Assembly: GCA_051362555.1 (NCBI GenBank)
Contig: CM120643.1
Location: 2,418,001-2,482,000 of the forward strand
Reading direction: 5' to 3'
Source of the DNA: Lingula anatina
Lineage: Eukaryota > Animalia > Brachiopoda
Length of the DNA: 64,000 bases
Shown: piece after piece, positions 28,728 to 40,828 of the stretch
How positions within the stretch are numbered: position 1 is the stretch's first letter
Layout: every line of letters starts with the position of its first letter
The notes under the pieces: model-generated
Seen by the model: only the letters and a program-made list of their open reading frames with translations
What the model was told of the DNA's origin: nothing
The model's database searches: none
Translations under genes and position numbers: made by a program

Positions 28728-28941
28728 AAGACCGTCTGCCTGTGTGTTCTTTTATCTTAAATACAGTGTCAAATGTTGCAAAGTTTATCATGCTTGCTTC
28801 ATCTATTTCTGTTTGGAGGCCATTTAGTCATTAAAATATTTGCCGTCTGGAAATGTAATCGATTAATACCATAATCGCATATTACAGTATTTAAATCTGG
28901 CTTTTAGGTGCATTTACGGTGTATCCACGTATTGAAATATA

Positions 28942-29165
28942 GGGTGCTTTCCCAGAGATTTAGATCCATTTAAAGATTAAGATTTAGATCAACCTAACTC
29001 CCTGGGGGTTCACGCTAAATTGCAGTCAGCCGAGCGGGCACCATAGTTAATTACCCCTTTACAGCTTTTGGTAGGCGGAACAGACGCTTAAGCCGGCCAA
29101 GCTGACAGTAATCTAGTGAGACTCCCCACAGGGATAGATCGATCTAAAAATCTATGGAAATGGGG
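28942..29165 (+). mobile_element. MITE family C
   Basis: CCTAACTCCCTGGGGGTTCACGCTAAAT...GGGATAGATCGATCTAAAAATCTATGG matches the 6618 and 39266 copies. Confidence 0.75.
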
Positions 29166-29440
29166 TGATAGTGTTGTGAAACTTGAGCAGTATGTGCATC
29201 AAAATATTTAAACAACATTTTTATTATATTTCAAACAATTAAGATCGACACCCTTGAATGAAATGTGATCTTTGTCATTCGATGAATTGGTTGATTTTAT
29301 TATACTGTATATCTGCATTTTCCCCATCATAAAATTAAGGATTTTATTACATCATTATTATCTTAATTACTTTTAAAAGCTCCGTCGGTATTCAAATTTC
29401 TGATATACATGTATATTTTGTACGTATACATTATAATAAA

Positions 29441-29495
<55 letters not shown>

Positions 29496-29521
29496 TTTTT
29501 CAGACTACAAGACGACAAAGC

Positions 29522-29573
29522 ATGCCGGTAGTAGCCAAATCTGACTACGGCTTCACCACAGACAAAATAAAAG
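29522..29573 (+). CDS. Calmodulin-like protein, N-terminal exon (MPVVAKSDYGFTTDKIK/E)
   Basis: Acceptor TTTTTTCAG at 29503, strong donor AAG|GTAAGA in phase 1 joining in frame to 31588; YGFTTDKIKEFEEAF parallels calmodulin LTEEQIAEFKEAF; frame also open from 29504. Confidence 0.75.
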
Positions 29574-29646
29574 GTAAGAGCCGCCATACCTGCAGACTGC
29601 AAAGATATACTGTAAGGTTCTTCTGACTCTCTGTGATACTCTCTCT

Positions 29647-30088
29647 ATGTGTATGTGTGTGTGTGCGTTTGTGTGTATGTGTGTATGTGTATGTGTGTGT
29701 GTGTTTGTGTGTATGTGTATGTGTATGTGTGTGTGTGTTTGTGTGTATGTGTGTATGTGTATGTGTATGTGTGTGTGTTTGTGTGTATGTGTGTGTATGT
29801 GTATGTGTGTATGTGTGTGTGTGTTTGTGTGTATGTGTGTATGTGTATGTGTGTGTGTGTGTTTGTGTGTATGTGTGTGTGTGTGTATGTGTGTATGTGT
29901 GTGTGTGTTTGTGTGTATGTGTGTATGTGTATGTGTGTGTTTGTGTGTGTGTGTGTGTGTTTGTGTGTATGTGTGTATGTGTATGTGTGTGTGTGTGTGT
30001 TTGTGTGTATGTGTGTATGTGTGTGTGTGTATGTGTATGTGTGTGTGTGTTTGTGTGTATGTGTGTGTATGTGTGTGTGTGTGTGTGT
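29647..30088. repeat. Compound (TG)n/(TGTA)n microsatellite
   Basis: ~440 bp of TG/TA/TT dinucleotide patterns; source of the CV-rich ORFs. Confidence 0.95.
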
Positions 30089-31587
30089 CACAGATGGCGT
30101 GTTTGGCACTTTTTGTCTTTGTTCTTATCCTTTATTTGTTTCTTATATTATCTTTTAATTTTTTCTCTTTTTTTTCTCTTCTGTAAATATAAGACCGATG
30201 GCTACCGATTGTTTTCTTTCAAAGGCCTTATAATTTGATAGTCGAGAAAGACAATGTTTTACGTGTGTGAGTATCTCACACTGCACCGGAGACAAACGAT
30301 CGGCATTCTATGATAGCAGAAAATACGTTTTCGAAGATTCTGTTGTCTTGTTGATTAAGATCATGCGGATGGCAATGTCTGTTCTGAAGAGGTTTTTCTA
30401 ATCATAAGCCAGTAGCTATTTACTTAGTAGCCAACAGCAATGGAATCCAATGCTCTAATCTGTTGCACAGTTGTTTCTTCTAGAGTTGTTGTTCGTAAAG
30501 TCAACCTTGACCTAATTAGGTAATCTCTCCATTGGATGTCCTTCTCAGGCTGCCTTCTTGGAGAAATACTCAGATGTCTGAGTACGACAATACGAAAGTC
30601 CGCATTTTATCATTCACGTCCTCAGACCTAACGTGCTTTCTCATATCTTTCCATAAAATAATTCCTCGAGTTTTAGGACAGACCTTACACCACTGCTTTT
30701 TTTTACAAAAATTTCAAATTTTTGGGTTAAAGATAAATTTTTGTTTACAAGTATGATTTGAAGAGATTAATCAATATAAATACTGTGCAGAAAGTCAACT
30801 TTTGTTATTATATAACATGTTCGGCCAAATTTATCTCTTATTCTTCTCAAAAAAGACCAAAAAGGTACGTCTTTCGTGTCTACCCCTGTATTCTCTGTTC
30901 AGGCTCATGTAAACAGTTTTCAATTTTCTTTGACGGAGAAGAAACGGATGCCAGCAAGAGACAAAATAATATCATTCATAGAGGTAATCTCTTCTCAATT
31001 GTTAAAAGAAGCTAAATACGACCGCAGCAAGACGTACATTCTACGTTTATGTACGGTTGTGACAACCTCAATTATGAATTCATGTGATATTTGTCACCAA
31101 GACGCCTATCGAAATAAAGACAAACCTGATCACGACAATGTTTAAAATACAGAGTATGTAATCTTCTAACGCTTATTACCAGTAACTACAGAACACTGGC
31201 GGAGCAAATCGTACAATTATATGGATATTTAATAAAACTGACAGAAAACGTTCAATAATCCTGTCTTTGAAGCCCCTTGGGTCGTCCAATTGCTCGGATT
31301 TTATCTATAAACACCAAACTAAATTGACATTTTTTCGAATTATTGATACAAATGCCACGACTTATTTGCAAGGACGAAACGCATTCTGTTGAATTCAGTC
31401 TTTTATATGGACGTTCATCGCTCTTCAGGTCTTGGAAACTGCTTTCAAAAGACACTAATGATATAAACATGCCATAACTCTGATAGATTTTGTTCAATAA
31501 AGTCGTATTCGTGTTGCAAAACACTACCTAAATTTCCAATGGGGTTTTCCTCGATTAAAACAAATCTTTTCCGTTGTACACTAATAG

Positions 31588-31731
31588 AATTTGAAGAGGC
31601 GTTCAATGTGTTTGACAAGGACGGAAATGGGATGATTACCACGGAAGAATTGGGAGAAGTTCTCAGATCGCTCGGCGAACGACCAACATATTTTGAACTC
31701 AAGGACGCTATGGAAGCAATGGACGGAGATC
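31588..31731 (+). CDS. Calmodulin-like protein exon (EF-hand 1 and start of EF-hand 2)
   Basis: TAG|AATTTGAAGAG...GAT C|GTGAGT; [48 protein letters not shown]; 144 bp with phase 1/1, like the equivalent calmodulin exon. Confidence 0.92.
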
Positions 31732-34549
31732 GTGAGTACTTCAGTTAGTTATCTTATATTTATCTTATTATATCTTTCATATGCATTCATAAAAATCAGA
31801 GACTTGTTTTGCATAAACATGGATAGTCAAGGAAGCAATGCATCTACCAATAGCTTAGAACATGAATAGCAATTCATTTTGCTTTTGTAACTTGTTTGAT
31901 ATTCAAAAATTGTTTCCGTAATGTCGTAATTGACTCGTATTGATATAGTCACTGTTACGACATGGTTACGTCATGGTAACATCATTGATATGTCATAGTA
32001 ACATCATGGTATGTCATGGTTACGTCACTGTAATGGCAATGGTTGTTTTTATTGATAATAGTTTGAATGTACTAGTGCAACCGTACGCGATAAACAGCCG
32101 ATTGCACGTCCACATTTTGAACGCAAAATTGATAACCGAACGTGATTTTGTCATTTATTTTAGGCAGCTTATGAAATATCTACAGTGAATAAAGGTCATT
32201 ACTTAATTGTTGTCGGAGATGATTATTACATGACGGTACCCCCTACCAGTACCGCAGTAATTAATCTGTGGATATTTTTGCTTAGGCGAACCTCTAACTT
32301 TGGGCCAGATGGAAGCAATTAAATCCGCACGCGTGCTGATGACATTGTGCCCGCTCTGCAGGAGCTCAATGTGAGCTGGGGTTCACCCTGATGTAATTAA
32401 CGTTCGTTACACAACCTGTCTTGTCTTGTCTGTCTGCTTAAAAAATAGTCACGTGGTTTAAGGTACAGAAGCACCCTGAAGTAACAAGCTTTTCATAAGG
32501 GGCTGTTTCTATTGTCACAGATGAGCAATTGACCGTTTTGGTTACTGTCAAAGGGACTTGGTTTGGGCCTGTTAATAGGCAGTGCCTGAGCAGTTATGCA
32601 AATAACAACCAGTCATGCAATTATCATAGATTTCATCACAGGTTGGCAGAGAATCAAATGACTGTTTATTTATCTAAGGATATATCTGTGAATATCTCGT
32701 GAAAAATCAAACTGTGGCCCTGGTAGAGGTCAGGGACGTCGTAAGTGAAAGTGCCTAAGTAGTAATGCAAACAATTACCAGCCATGTAATCATCCTTAAG
32801 ATTTCACCACAGGGTCACAGTACAGATATTAACCATCTATTTAAGGATATTGTAACCCTTTATTATCATCCAGATACCGAAAATGAGGATTTTCTCTCAT
32901 CAAATTATTCAATAATACATCTATCTTTTGAGCTGATTTAAAGCAACAAAATATCTGCTCGAAAATATAAAATATTTTATCCTGGCATATTTCCTACTAC
33001 AATGTATCAGCACAGGCAACTCAAAGCTTTCATCGTCAGTTTAACACCCTTCTATTCTGAGGTGAGAAAGTAAACGCAACTTCATCCCTGAACAAGATTT
33101 TATCACAAAAATTGGCAGAGTTGACCACAAATGTATATGCTACAATCCCTTGCCGTCATTTTGGTTTAAATACTTTTGTTGTGGAGTTATGAACTAAGGC
33201 ATTTAATAAAAAATTGCTGGCAGGGTTTTGGGGTATTAAATGGTGTCATTAAATGGGCATTAGAACGGTCCTCGTGGGTGGTCAGGTAAAGGAGAATTAT
33301 GAGAAACCGATTTTTCAGTTTTTGCCCAAAAATCGCAGTAATGACTTCACCCGTAAGATGAAATGTGTAAATGTCAATTAATTTAGTTACTGAACCCTGG
33401 AGATTTATCTATTACCCAAAATAATGTTTAAAAGGCTAAAGTAAGGAGTTCTGGTGACAATATCCTGAATCAACTGCCAATAGCTTACTTAAAAGGCTTA
33501 AATCAATTCTGGGTTGGTATCGTGGCTCTTTTGGTTTTATTTGGTTTGACACTGCCTCGATAATACGCTTCAAAGTTGTGGTTCAAAAATGACAATCGGC
33601 ATTTTTCACCTTGGCGCACTCAGTACAACGTTGTTTCGACCAATTCTTATTATTACAGTTTAAGTGCAAGCAGTTCAATTATGAGACTCCTTATTATCTA
33701 TGGAAAAATATTCAGAGTTCACGTGCATGAAAACAAAACGTGATGTCACAGTCAGTTATTTAAGACAGGTTAGGTAAGATCTGCGATGTAGTAAGGTCAT
33801 TACTTAATTGCTTTGGGAGATGATCATTAGGTAACGGGTGGTTTGCACACCGAGAGAAAGAGACAAAGACACAGTTCTAGACTTGTCAGACGCACCCTTT
33901 CCAATCTCCATTATGAACGCCACGCCAGTTAAAATGGTTTGATTCAACGCAAGCGAAACTTCCACATACATGTAATATTTTGGCTTACGATGCAGTTATT
34001 CGATTCATTTCTGGGGAAAGTTCAGAATGATAAGACTCCTCCCCACTCTACCTATTGCCTCGAAGATGAAAAAGGAATAGAAATAAGGAAGATACGTCCA
34101 GATATATTAGAGAGAGAGAGAGAGTGGGGGGTTTACAGGGCCTACAATGCGTATAATTTAGCACGTATAGGTGCATTCGTCTGTAACAAAATTTGATGCA
34201 CATAATTCGCAAAAATACACATTTAATGTAGTTGCTTTTCTCGCGTAACCACAAGTGGAATAAGATTGCTTCACATGTCTTTTATCGGATTCTGCTGTCA
34301 TGGCAGACCTAGGAGAACTATAACCTTCGTCAAAAGTTCCGACTTTGATGGAAGAAAAATTTCCGAGAATTTTGCACAAAACCAGTAAAAAAAGGCAGAA
34401 CACACTCAATATGTTTCCTGCAACGTCAAATGCATTGTAAAAACTGAGCCTTTAGGATAGATTAAACACGTGTTTAAATTATCAGGAACAGGTTCTTAAA
34501 CAACACCAATAAAATCCACGTGCCAAAAAAATAGTGTATTATTAAATCA

Positions 34550-34803
34550 TACATAGATAAGCAGGTAGACTTCACCCGTTTCCAGATAGTCTATTATTGA
34601 GACATACAGCGATAAGCAGATAGACTCCCCCCTTTCCTGATAGTGTATTGTTGAGACATACAGCGATAAGCAGATAGACTCCACCCCTTTCCTGACAGTC
34701 TATTATTGAGACATACAGCGATAAGCAGATAGACTCCACCCCTTTTCAGATGGTGTATTTATATAGACATACAGTGATTGGCACTTAGACTCCACCCCTT
34801 TCC
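34550..34803 (+). repeat. ~58-bp tandem repeat, about 4 copies
   Basis: ACATACAGCGATAAGCAGATAGACTCCACCCCTTT...TATTATTGAG. Confidence 0.85.
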
Positions 34804-35364
34804 GTCCGCGTGTTGTACACGCAATTTTTTTCAAGCAGAAGAGGGCGGGGAGGCTCCGCCCTTCCTTGGCAGAGAATGATACTGGTACACCTGCACTAAA
34901 AGTATGATAGCACTTACAAAATAAGAAAGAAAAAAAAAACTGAAATTGTCATTAGAAACGACCATCGTTTGACAGCGGGATTTGTGGTGTCTAGAATTTC
35001 TCAAATTAACCAGCGAGACGCACGACCTTTTCATCCAACTCCATCATTACGGTGCTTTTATAAGTGGCGTTGTTTTGGGAAATTGCTCAAGAATTTGAGT
35101 AATGCATCTGCATATACCAATTATCATTTCGATAATATACTGTAAAGTGAGTCTAATTATCCTTGGTAATTAACAGCCGCATGCGTCATCCATCGAAACT
35201 ACGTAAATGGAACTTGCTATATTTAGTCGAGGTTAATAATGAAATAACCGTCATAGAATCCTGGGAACTTCATTTCTTGTTTCCCAGTATATGTGTTTTC
35301 CTGCAAATCTGGGTTTGGAAACTTCTTAAGACCTCGCTGTCAGAACCATGGTTGGCGTGCATCG

Positions 35365-35543
35365 CAGGGGCAGATTGAGGCCGTCTTCTGGGTCCTCCAG
35401 AAGACGGCCAGATTTTCAAGTTTACACTGACTGTATCTATTTATTTATTTATTTATTTGGTCGGAAGACGGTCAAAAATGAAGGATGTACCAAAAAAAGA
35501 TAATTTGGAAGACTGTCAGAAAATATCTCTGGATCTGCACCTG
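35365..35543 (-). mobile_element. MITE family A (reverse orientation)
   Basis: Reverse complement of 10056-10223 (GCCGTCTTCTGGGTC ... GAAGACTGTCAGAAAATATCTCTGGATC). Confidence 0.8.
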
Positions 35544-35689
35544 GACCAGGTGCGGTCTGACGTCTACGTCTTTGAAGATGACGCCATGATCACTGCCACC
35601 AAAATTACTCTCAGCAACTGGCATTATCGTGTGAAAATTGATTTAAACCGCTGTAATAGAAATGGACTCCGCCAGGAACAGCACTCCAT

Positions 35690-35810
35690 TTCCCATTTGT
35701 ACAGGTGACATTCGTCCCATATACTAACCCCAATACTCCAACTAACCCTAACCTGTACTAATCATAAGATAGCCCGGACTTCCATTCCTAGGACTTCCAT
35801 TTGTTACACC
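35690..35810 (+). mobile_element. MITE family D, partial
   Basis: GTACAGGTGACA...AACTAACCCTAACCTG...GACTTCCATTCC...GTTACACC. Confidence 0.6.
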
Positions 35811-35899
35811 GGACCCCCATGGCATAAACAATGACATAAACAAAATAATTTTATTGCGAGGAAAGAACGAAAATGTTTATGTCGAGGTGCACATTTCTG

Positions 35900-36400
35900 T
35901 TGTTGTAATACCTATGGCCAGTGCGTGTTAAGTTCAATTCGTGTCCTCTATTCATTGTCTCCTCCGTCCAGAATTTGCAGACTGGAGGTTCAGGCCACGC
36001 CAAACATTCAATAATCGATCAGCAAATTAAGGTTCCGAGATCGTTGCGTGCATCACCTCTTCCCGGTTTCCTATTTGGCCTCTCCTGGAGTTTTCAGAGT
36101 AAGAGTCCCATTTCATACTGACGTCATTGGCGTCCGAGCGTTCCACCACACCCAGCTTAGGGTCGGGGTTTTGTCAAGTGCACGCAACATCTTGTTAACT
36201 AATCCATCCAACGCGGAAACCACTGAAATCTTACAACCATGCTCACTGTCATCTGGCAGGAAATGCGTCAAAGCTATCGCCGAGACGGAAATTACCTCTT
36301 CACATCTTCGGCTTTTAAAAGGTTGACAGATATGTACAAACACGTTGATACCGGCGTCCCAGTTCTTACACTGTGGACAGAGATATTGCTCAGTGCATTG
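35900..36400 (-). mobile_element. Degenerate RTE-like LINE 3' fragment
   Basis: Frameshifted minus-strand remnants resemble the RTE C-terminal motifs RLxWxGHV and WTPxGKRxxGR; pattern recognition only. Confidence 0.35.
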
Positions 36401-36699
36401 ATCATGTTGCAAAGCCGCAAAGCTTGTCATACATGTAACTTATGTATACTTACATGTATGTACAAGTATGTACTGCAGAAGCGAGCGATTTCCGATTATT
36501 GTTCCTATACAGATACTATTAAAATGAGGCTTATGTACATGACAGTTGCAGGAATATGCATGCATTGAGCATATAATAATGTACCTAATGTCTGCTTCAA
36601 TATAGAAGCCTTGTCTTTGTTTATGGCCAATTGTGTATTGTTCCCATGTTTGAAAATTGTTCACATTCGTGTTTTTTAAATAGAAATCAGAATACAATT

Positions 36700-37470
36700 T
36701 ACACATATCACATTGTCACTATTAAATCCTGAAGAGTGTCAATGTATCTGCAAAATTGTCGTCATCGATCAGTCTCCTGTTAATCGTGTCTTATCATTTT
36801 GTATTGTATTACACCGGGTAATTGAGGTTTTACATACTCTAATAGAGAGGTCGTTAACCAGTTTTTTTTTTTGTCCCATTTGCAAGACCGATGAATTAAC
36901 CTTCGATTCTGAGAGCTTAAAAATCTGAATTATCTGGGTTAAATATCAAGCAAACATGTTATCTGAACCATCTGAAGATATCTTAAGTATACATCGTTGT
37001 TCTGATTCCTGAGTAGCTCAAAGTGCAGGGATCCATGCTACACGTAAACACAGAGATCAGTTCCATGCTACAAAAGCCATGGGACTTTGCCGATAATGTC
37101 AACTGGATTGTCTGTTGGTGGCTGTCACTGACCTTTTTGTAACTCGATGAAAGGGAATAGGTTTTCAAGCCTCAGTTTCTATTGAAAGTAATTGTTCCCT
37201 GTAATGTTTTGAAATAAAATCCAGAATTATTACCGAGTCGTGTGATATTCGGCAGATATTTGGTTTAATGGTATTCAGCAAAGCTTCTTTATGCTGAACA
37301 CAGAATTCCTCGGAGAGAAATGGACCAAATGTCGTGCATTTGAGAGTTAAATTTGGGAATTGTTTTTCAGACAGAGGCAAGCGTTTTCTTTGAGGCGTGT
37401 AATGCAATAAGTGTCCCGTGTTGTTCAATTTTATTCGTTTTGTTTCGCTTCCTTGAAATGTTTTCATTGC
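36700..37470 (-). mobile_element. Possible degenerate Penelope-like retroelement fragment
   Basis: Minus-strand KTYSLSSSYKKVSDSHQ..LSAKSHGFCS and LVNDLSIRVCK resemble the Penelope N-terminal NLSxxxLxxxxxxLLxKGLxFxP and IxIKPADKG motifs. Confidence 0.3.
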
Positions 37471-38598
37471 TTAATTTGTGAATTCTTAGGCGATGTTGCA
37501 ATTGGTTGATATCTCTCTGCCGCTCTTGTTGTTATGTGATCCTTTCCCTTTTGTCCCCGGTTGCGTGAAGCAATTACAGGCTGTTTACAATGATTGCTTG
37601 TTTACAATACCGCGATTACAATTTCTGATACAGTAAAGGGCACTGACTGATTAAACACACGAGCGACACAGCCACAGTAACTGTCCTTTTCAGTTTTACG
37701 AATTTTACATAATTAATAACTGATATTACTGTAGTATGATACAACATGAGGTGACGTTGCTTTCTGTCCAAATTGCATCATTTGGCACAAGCCAAATAGT
37801 ATGTTGTTGTGCTTTATTTCTTTGTTATCCAAGCCAAAATCGTTTAGCTATTTACTTGATTTTATGATTAAGCAGCGTTCTTCTGAATTAAAACAATTCT
37901 CTGGGTTGATGACAGTACACTAGTGCTAATGCGTGCATCAAGAGCTTTTCGTGGAATTTTGATTAGCCGTAACGTTACATACGATAAAAGTCGTTCGCTC
38001 CAGAGCAAGATTACTGAGAATTCAAATATCGGGGGTGGGCAGACTGTGCCCTGGGTCGCTAACTAGCCGCCGGCCAATCCTTTGATGAATTCTCCCGTGT
38101 ATTAAGTTGACTACCGCACATCAATTTTCCCGGGGTGTTTACCAAGAATGATCCATATTATGACTACAGAAATGAGAAATGGAGATATTTTTGGCATGAA
38201 TGGTTCTTAATTTTGTTATTAGTGAGGACGCACAGTTTACTTCATTGGCCTGGATTTGATTATTCTGCTGGAAGGGTTCGTATCAAACATGGCGGCTGTT
38301 CCAGTGGAAGGCACCGGAAGTCACGTGGACGGGGTGTGTGTTTGGCATCGTGGAAGGCACGTGGAGATTTAAAAAAGATATTCAAATGTGGGGGATGGGG
38401 GGGGGGGGAGAGGGGGTACACCTAGATATATCCACCTGTTCACCTTGGTTGTTTTTCCTAAATGCTGGTATCTCATAAAAAATTTATGATATTAAATATT
38501 CTGCCAATTTTACCTCCATGATCTATATTATATATTATATCTCTTAGCAGACTTATCAGCCTAAGCGGGTCAGGATTTATTATTATTCTCTTTATACT

Positions 38599-38641
<43 letters not shown>

Positions 38642-38786
38642 GGGGGGGGGTGCTGAGCAGAGCATGAGGAATGTAGTTTACATGTACATGTAGTGACGAG
38701 GAGAGATTTGCTGTTTTGTAGGATCAAGATATGCTTGCTTTTGATTGAAAACTAGTTTTACGAGGAAATTGAATTGATGGGGGGAG

Positions 38787-38848
38787 GGGCACATTACTCA
38801 CTCTCCCAGGGTCCGGGGGGGGCACATTACTCACTCTCCCAGGGTCCG
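38787..38848 (+). repeat. 32-bp tandem duplication
   Basis: GGGCACATTACTCACTCTCCCAGGGTCCG occurs twice. Confidence 0.85.
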
Positions 38849-39265
38849 TCATAATGGCTACAACAGCACGATATGTAAATTGTTTTGTTGTTTATAAACA
38901 TCTACCAAGTGTGTCAACTAGTCAAAGCCCAATAGGTTTTGAAATATTTGTTCAGCTTCTGAATGCAATTAGCCGTTGATCGCGGTGATAAGCATGGTAT
39001 CAGCCTTGTATGTGTATGAAACGTGAAAACTATGGTCACGTACATACCTGTAGGATTCGGTATTTTATCCAGCATTTGGACTCGACACGACAACTTTCAT
39101 TTAGCACCCTGTGCCTCACAATTTCGTTACAAGTCCACAATTTACGGAAAATCTGTCCATGACATTACCTAATATAATTTGTTGTCACCCATGCGAATAA
39201 AAAAGTAATAGTAAACCAGTGTTTACAACAGATCCTTTGCGTAGAAAGTGACAGACCGCACATAC

Positions 39266-39479
39266 ACCCCATTTTCATAGATTAGATCGACCTACTTTAG
39301 ATCGACCTAACTCCCTGGGGGTTCACGCTAAATAGCTGTCAGCCTAGCGGACACGAAAGTTAATTACCCCCTTACAGCTTGTAGTAGGCGGGACGGACAT
39401 TTAAGTCGGATTATCTGAAAGTAATCTAGTGAGACTCCCCGCGGGGATAGATCGATCTTAAATCTATGGGAATAGAGCC
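39266..39479 (+). mobile_element. MITE family C
   Basis: Near-identical to 6618-6831. Confidence 0.8.
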
Positions 39480-40443
39480 ATAGACGCTTTTCATTTCAGA
39501 CACCCTCGCCCTAGCCCCTCCTCTACCTCATATACTCTGCAGATATAATGTTTGGACAACATAATCCAATTTTACGGTATTTTGGTATTTTACTGACTTC
39601 TTTCCATGTCTGTTTTGGCTTGTCTTGCATTTTGGAAAGATAAGAGGCTCCCTAGTGTGTTTTATTTCAGAAATAAAAGCCTCAAATCCGTATACCCCTC
39701 CCCCCCTCGGGAGCAAAATGAGCGTAAGAAGCAGTTGATCTCTAATAATAAGATTTGCATATCGTTTAATAATTATCATGCCTATGAGTAGAATAGCTTT
39801 AATGTCAAAGCGATTTCACTAAGTTGAGTACCTGCGGTTTTCCTTATGGGATTTGCAGGATGGCGTGGAGCTCAACGTGACTTTTGTAATATAACCACGG
39901 AACCAACATTTATCTTTTAACTTTTAACATACAACTGTAATGTTAATTATTGACAGTCATGATTGAATAAGGAGCGGGAACTATTTTGTAGAGGTACTGA
40001 GTTGGTTTACTTGCTCATATGATACTTATACAACTGCGTGTTATGTAAACGGAGAGAAGGCTGCTGGAGATTGAATGAGGTAGAGATAGAACTGGAAAGA
40101 AAGCGGCGCGGGAACCAACTAAATATAATACCTAGAAAAAATAAATAACTTGAAATAAATAACTTGAAGAATATAAAACTTGTCAACTTGTGTAATAGCG
40201 TGTTTAGATGAGAAAAATAACTTAGTCGTCAATTGTTTGTACAGAAAATGTACATGTGTTTCAAATTTTAAGGTACATGTTTAAAAAAATTACTGCAACG
40301 TTTATTTCGGCAAAATAAGCAACCCACCTATACTTCTCAGAATACTAGATAAAACAAAATAACAGTAATGGGGAACTGACGAACTAACAAAGTAATAAGC
40401 ACTGACGACGGTTCCTGGTGAATTAAGCCGTCCCTGCCGCAGC

Positions 40444-40622
40444 GGTGTAATAGGAATCGAAGTCCGATAGGAACCGTAGTCCGCTTCCCATTATTTTGTA
40501 CAGGTGACAGATACTAACCCCAATATATATATATATATATATATACTCCAACTAACCCTAACCTGTATTAATTACACGGAACCCGGGACTTCCATTCCTA
40601 TGACTACCATTCCTGTCACACC
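40444..40622 (+). mobile_element. MITE family D
   Basis: GGTGTAATAGGAAT ... ATTCCTGTCACACC with internal AACCCTAACC. Confidence 0.75.
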
Positions 40623-40656
40623 GGATGTGCAGTGGGAGCTCCGTGATGAGGCAAAA

Positions 40657-40828
40657 GCCGCATTCACAACAGTGGACTAACTAGTCCGAGGGTCAAATAT
40701 GGCGACCCACTACAATGCTTGCCGTCTATTGCGCTAATTGATACTCAATAGATCCCCGTGGGGAAGTATTCAAGTGGACAGGCCATATTTGACCCTCGGA
40801 CTAGTTAGTCCACTGTTCTGAATGTGGC
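40657..40828. mobile_element. MITE family E
   Basis: ~45-bp near-perfect inverted arms CATTCACAACAGTGGACTAACTAGTCCGAGGGTCAAATATGGC / GCCATATTTGACCCTCGGACTAGTTAGTCCACTGTTCTGAATG. Confidence 0.85.

Noticed and set aside
29633-30238. CV/HT-rich ORFs up to 201 aa
   Set aside because: Translations of the (TG)n microsatellite
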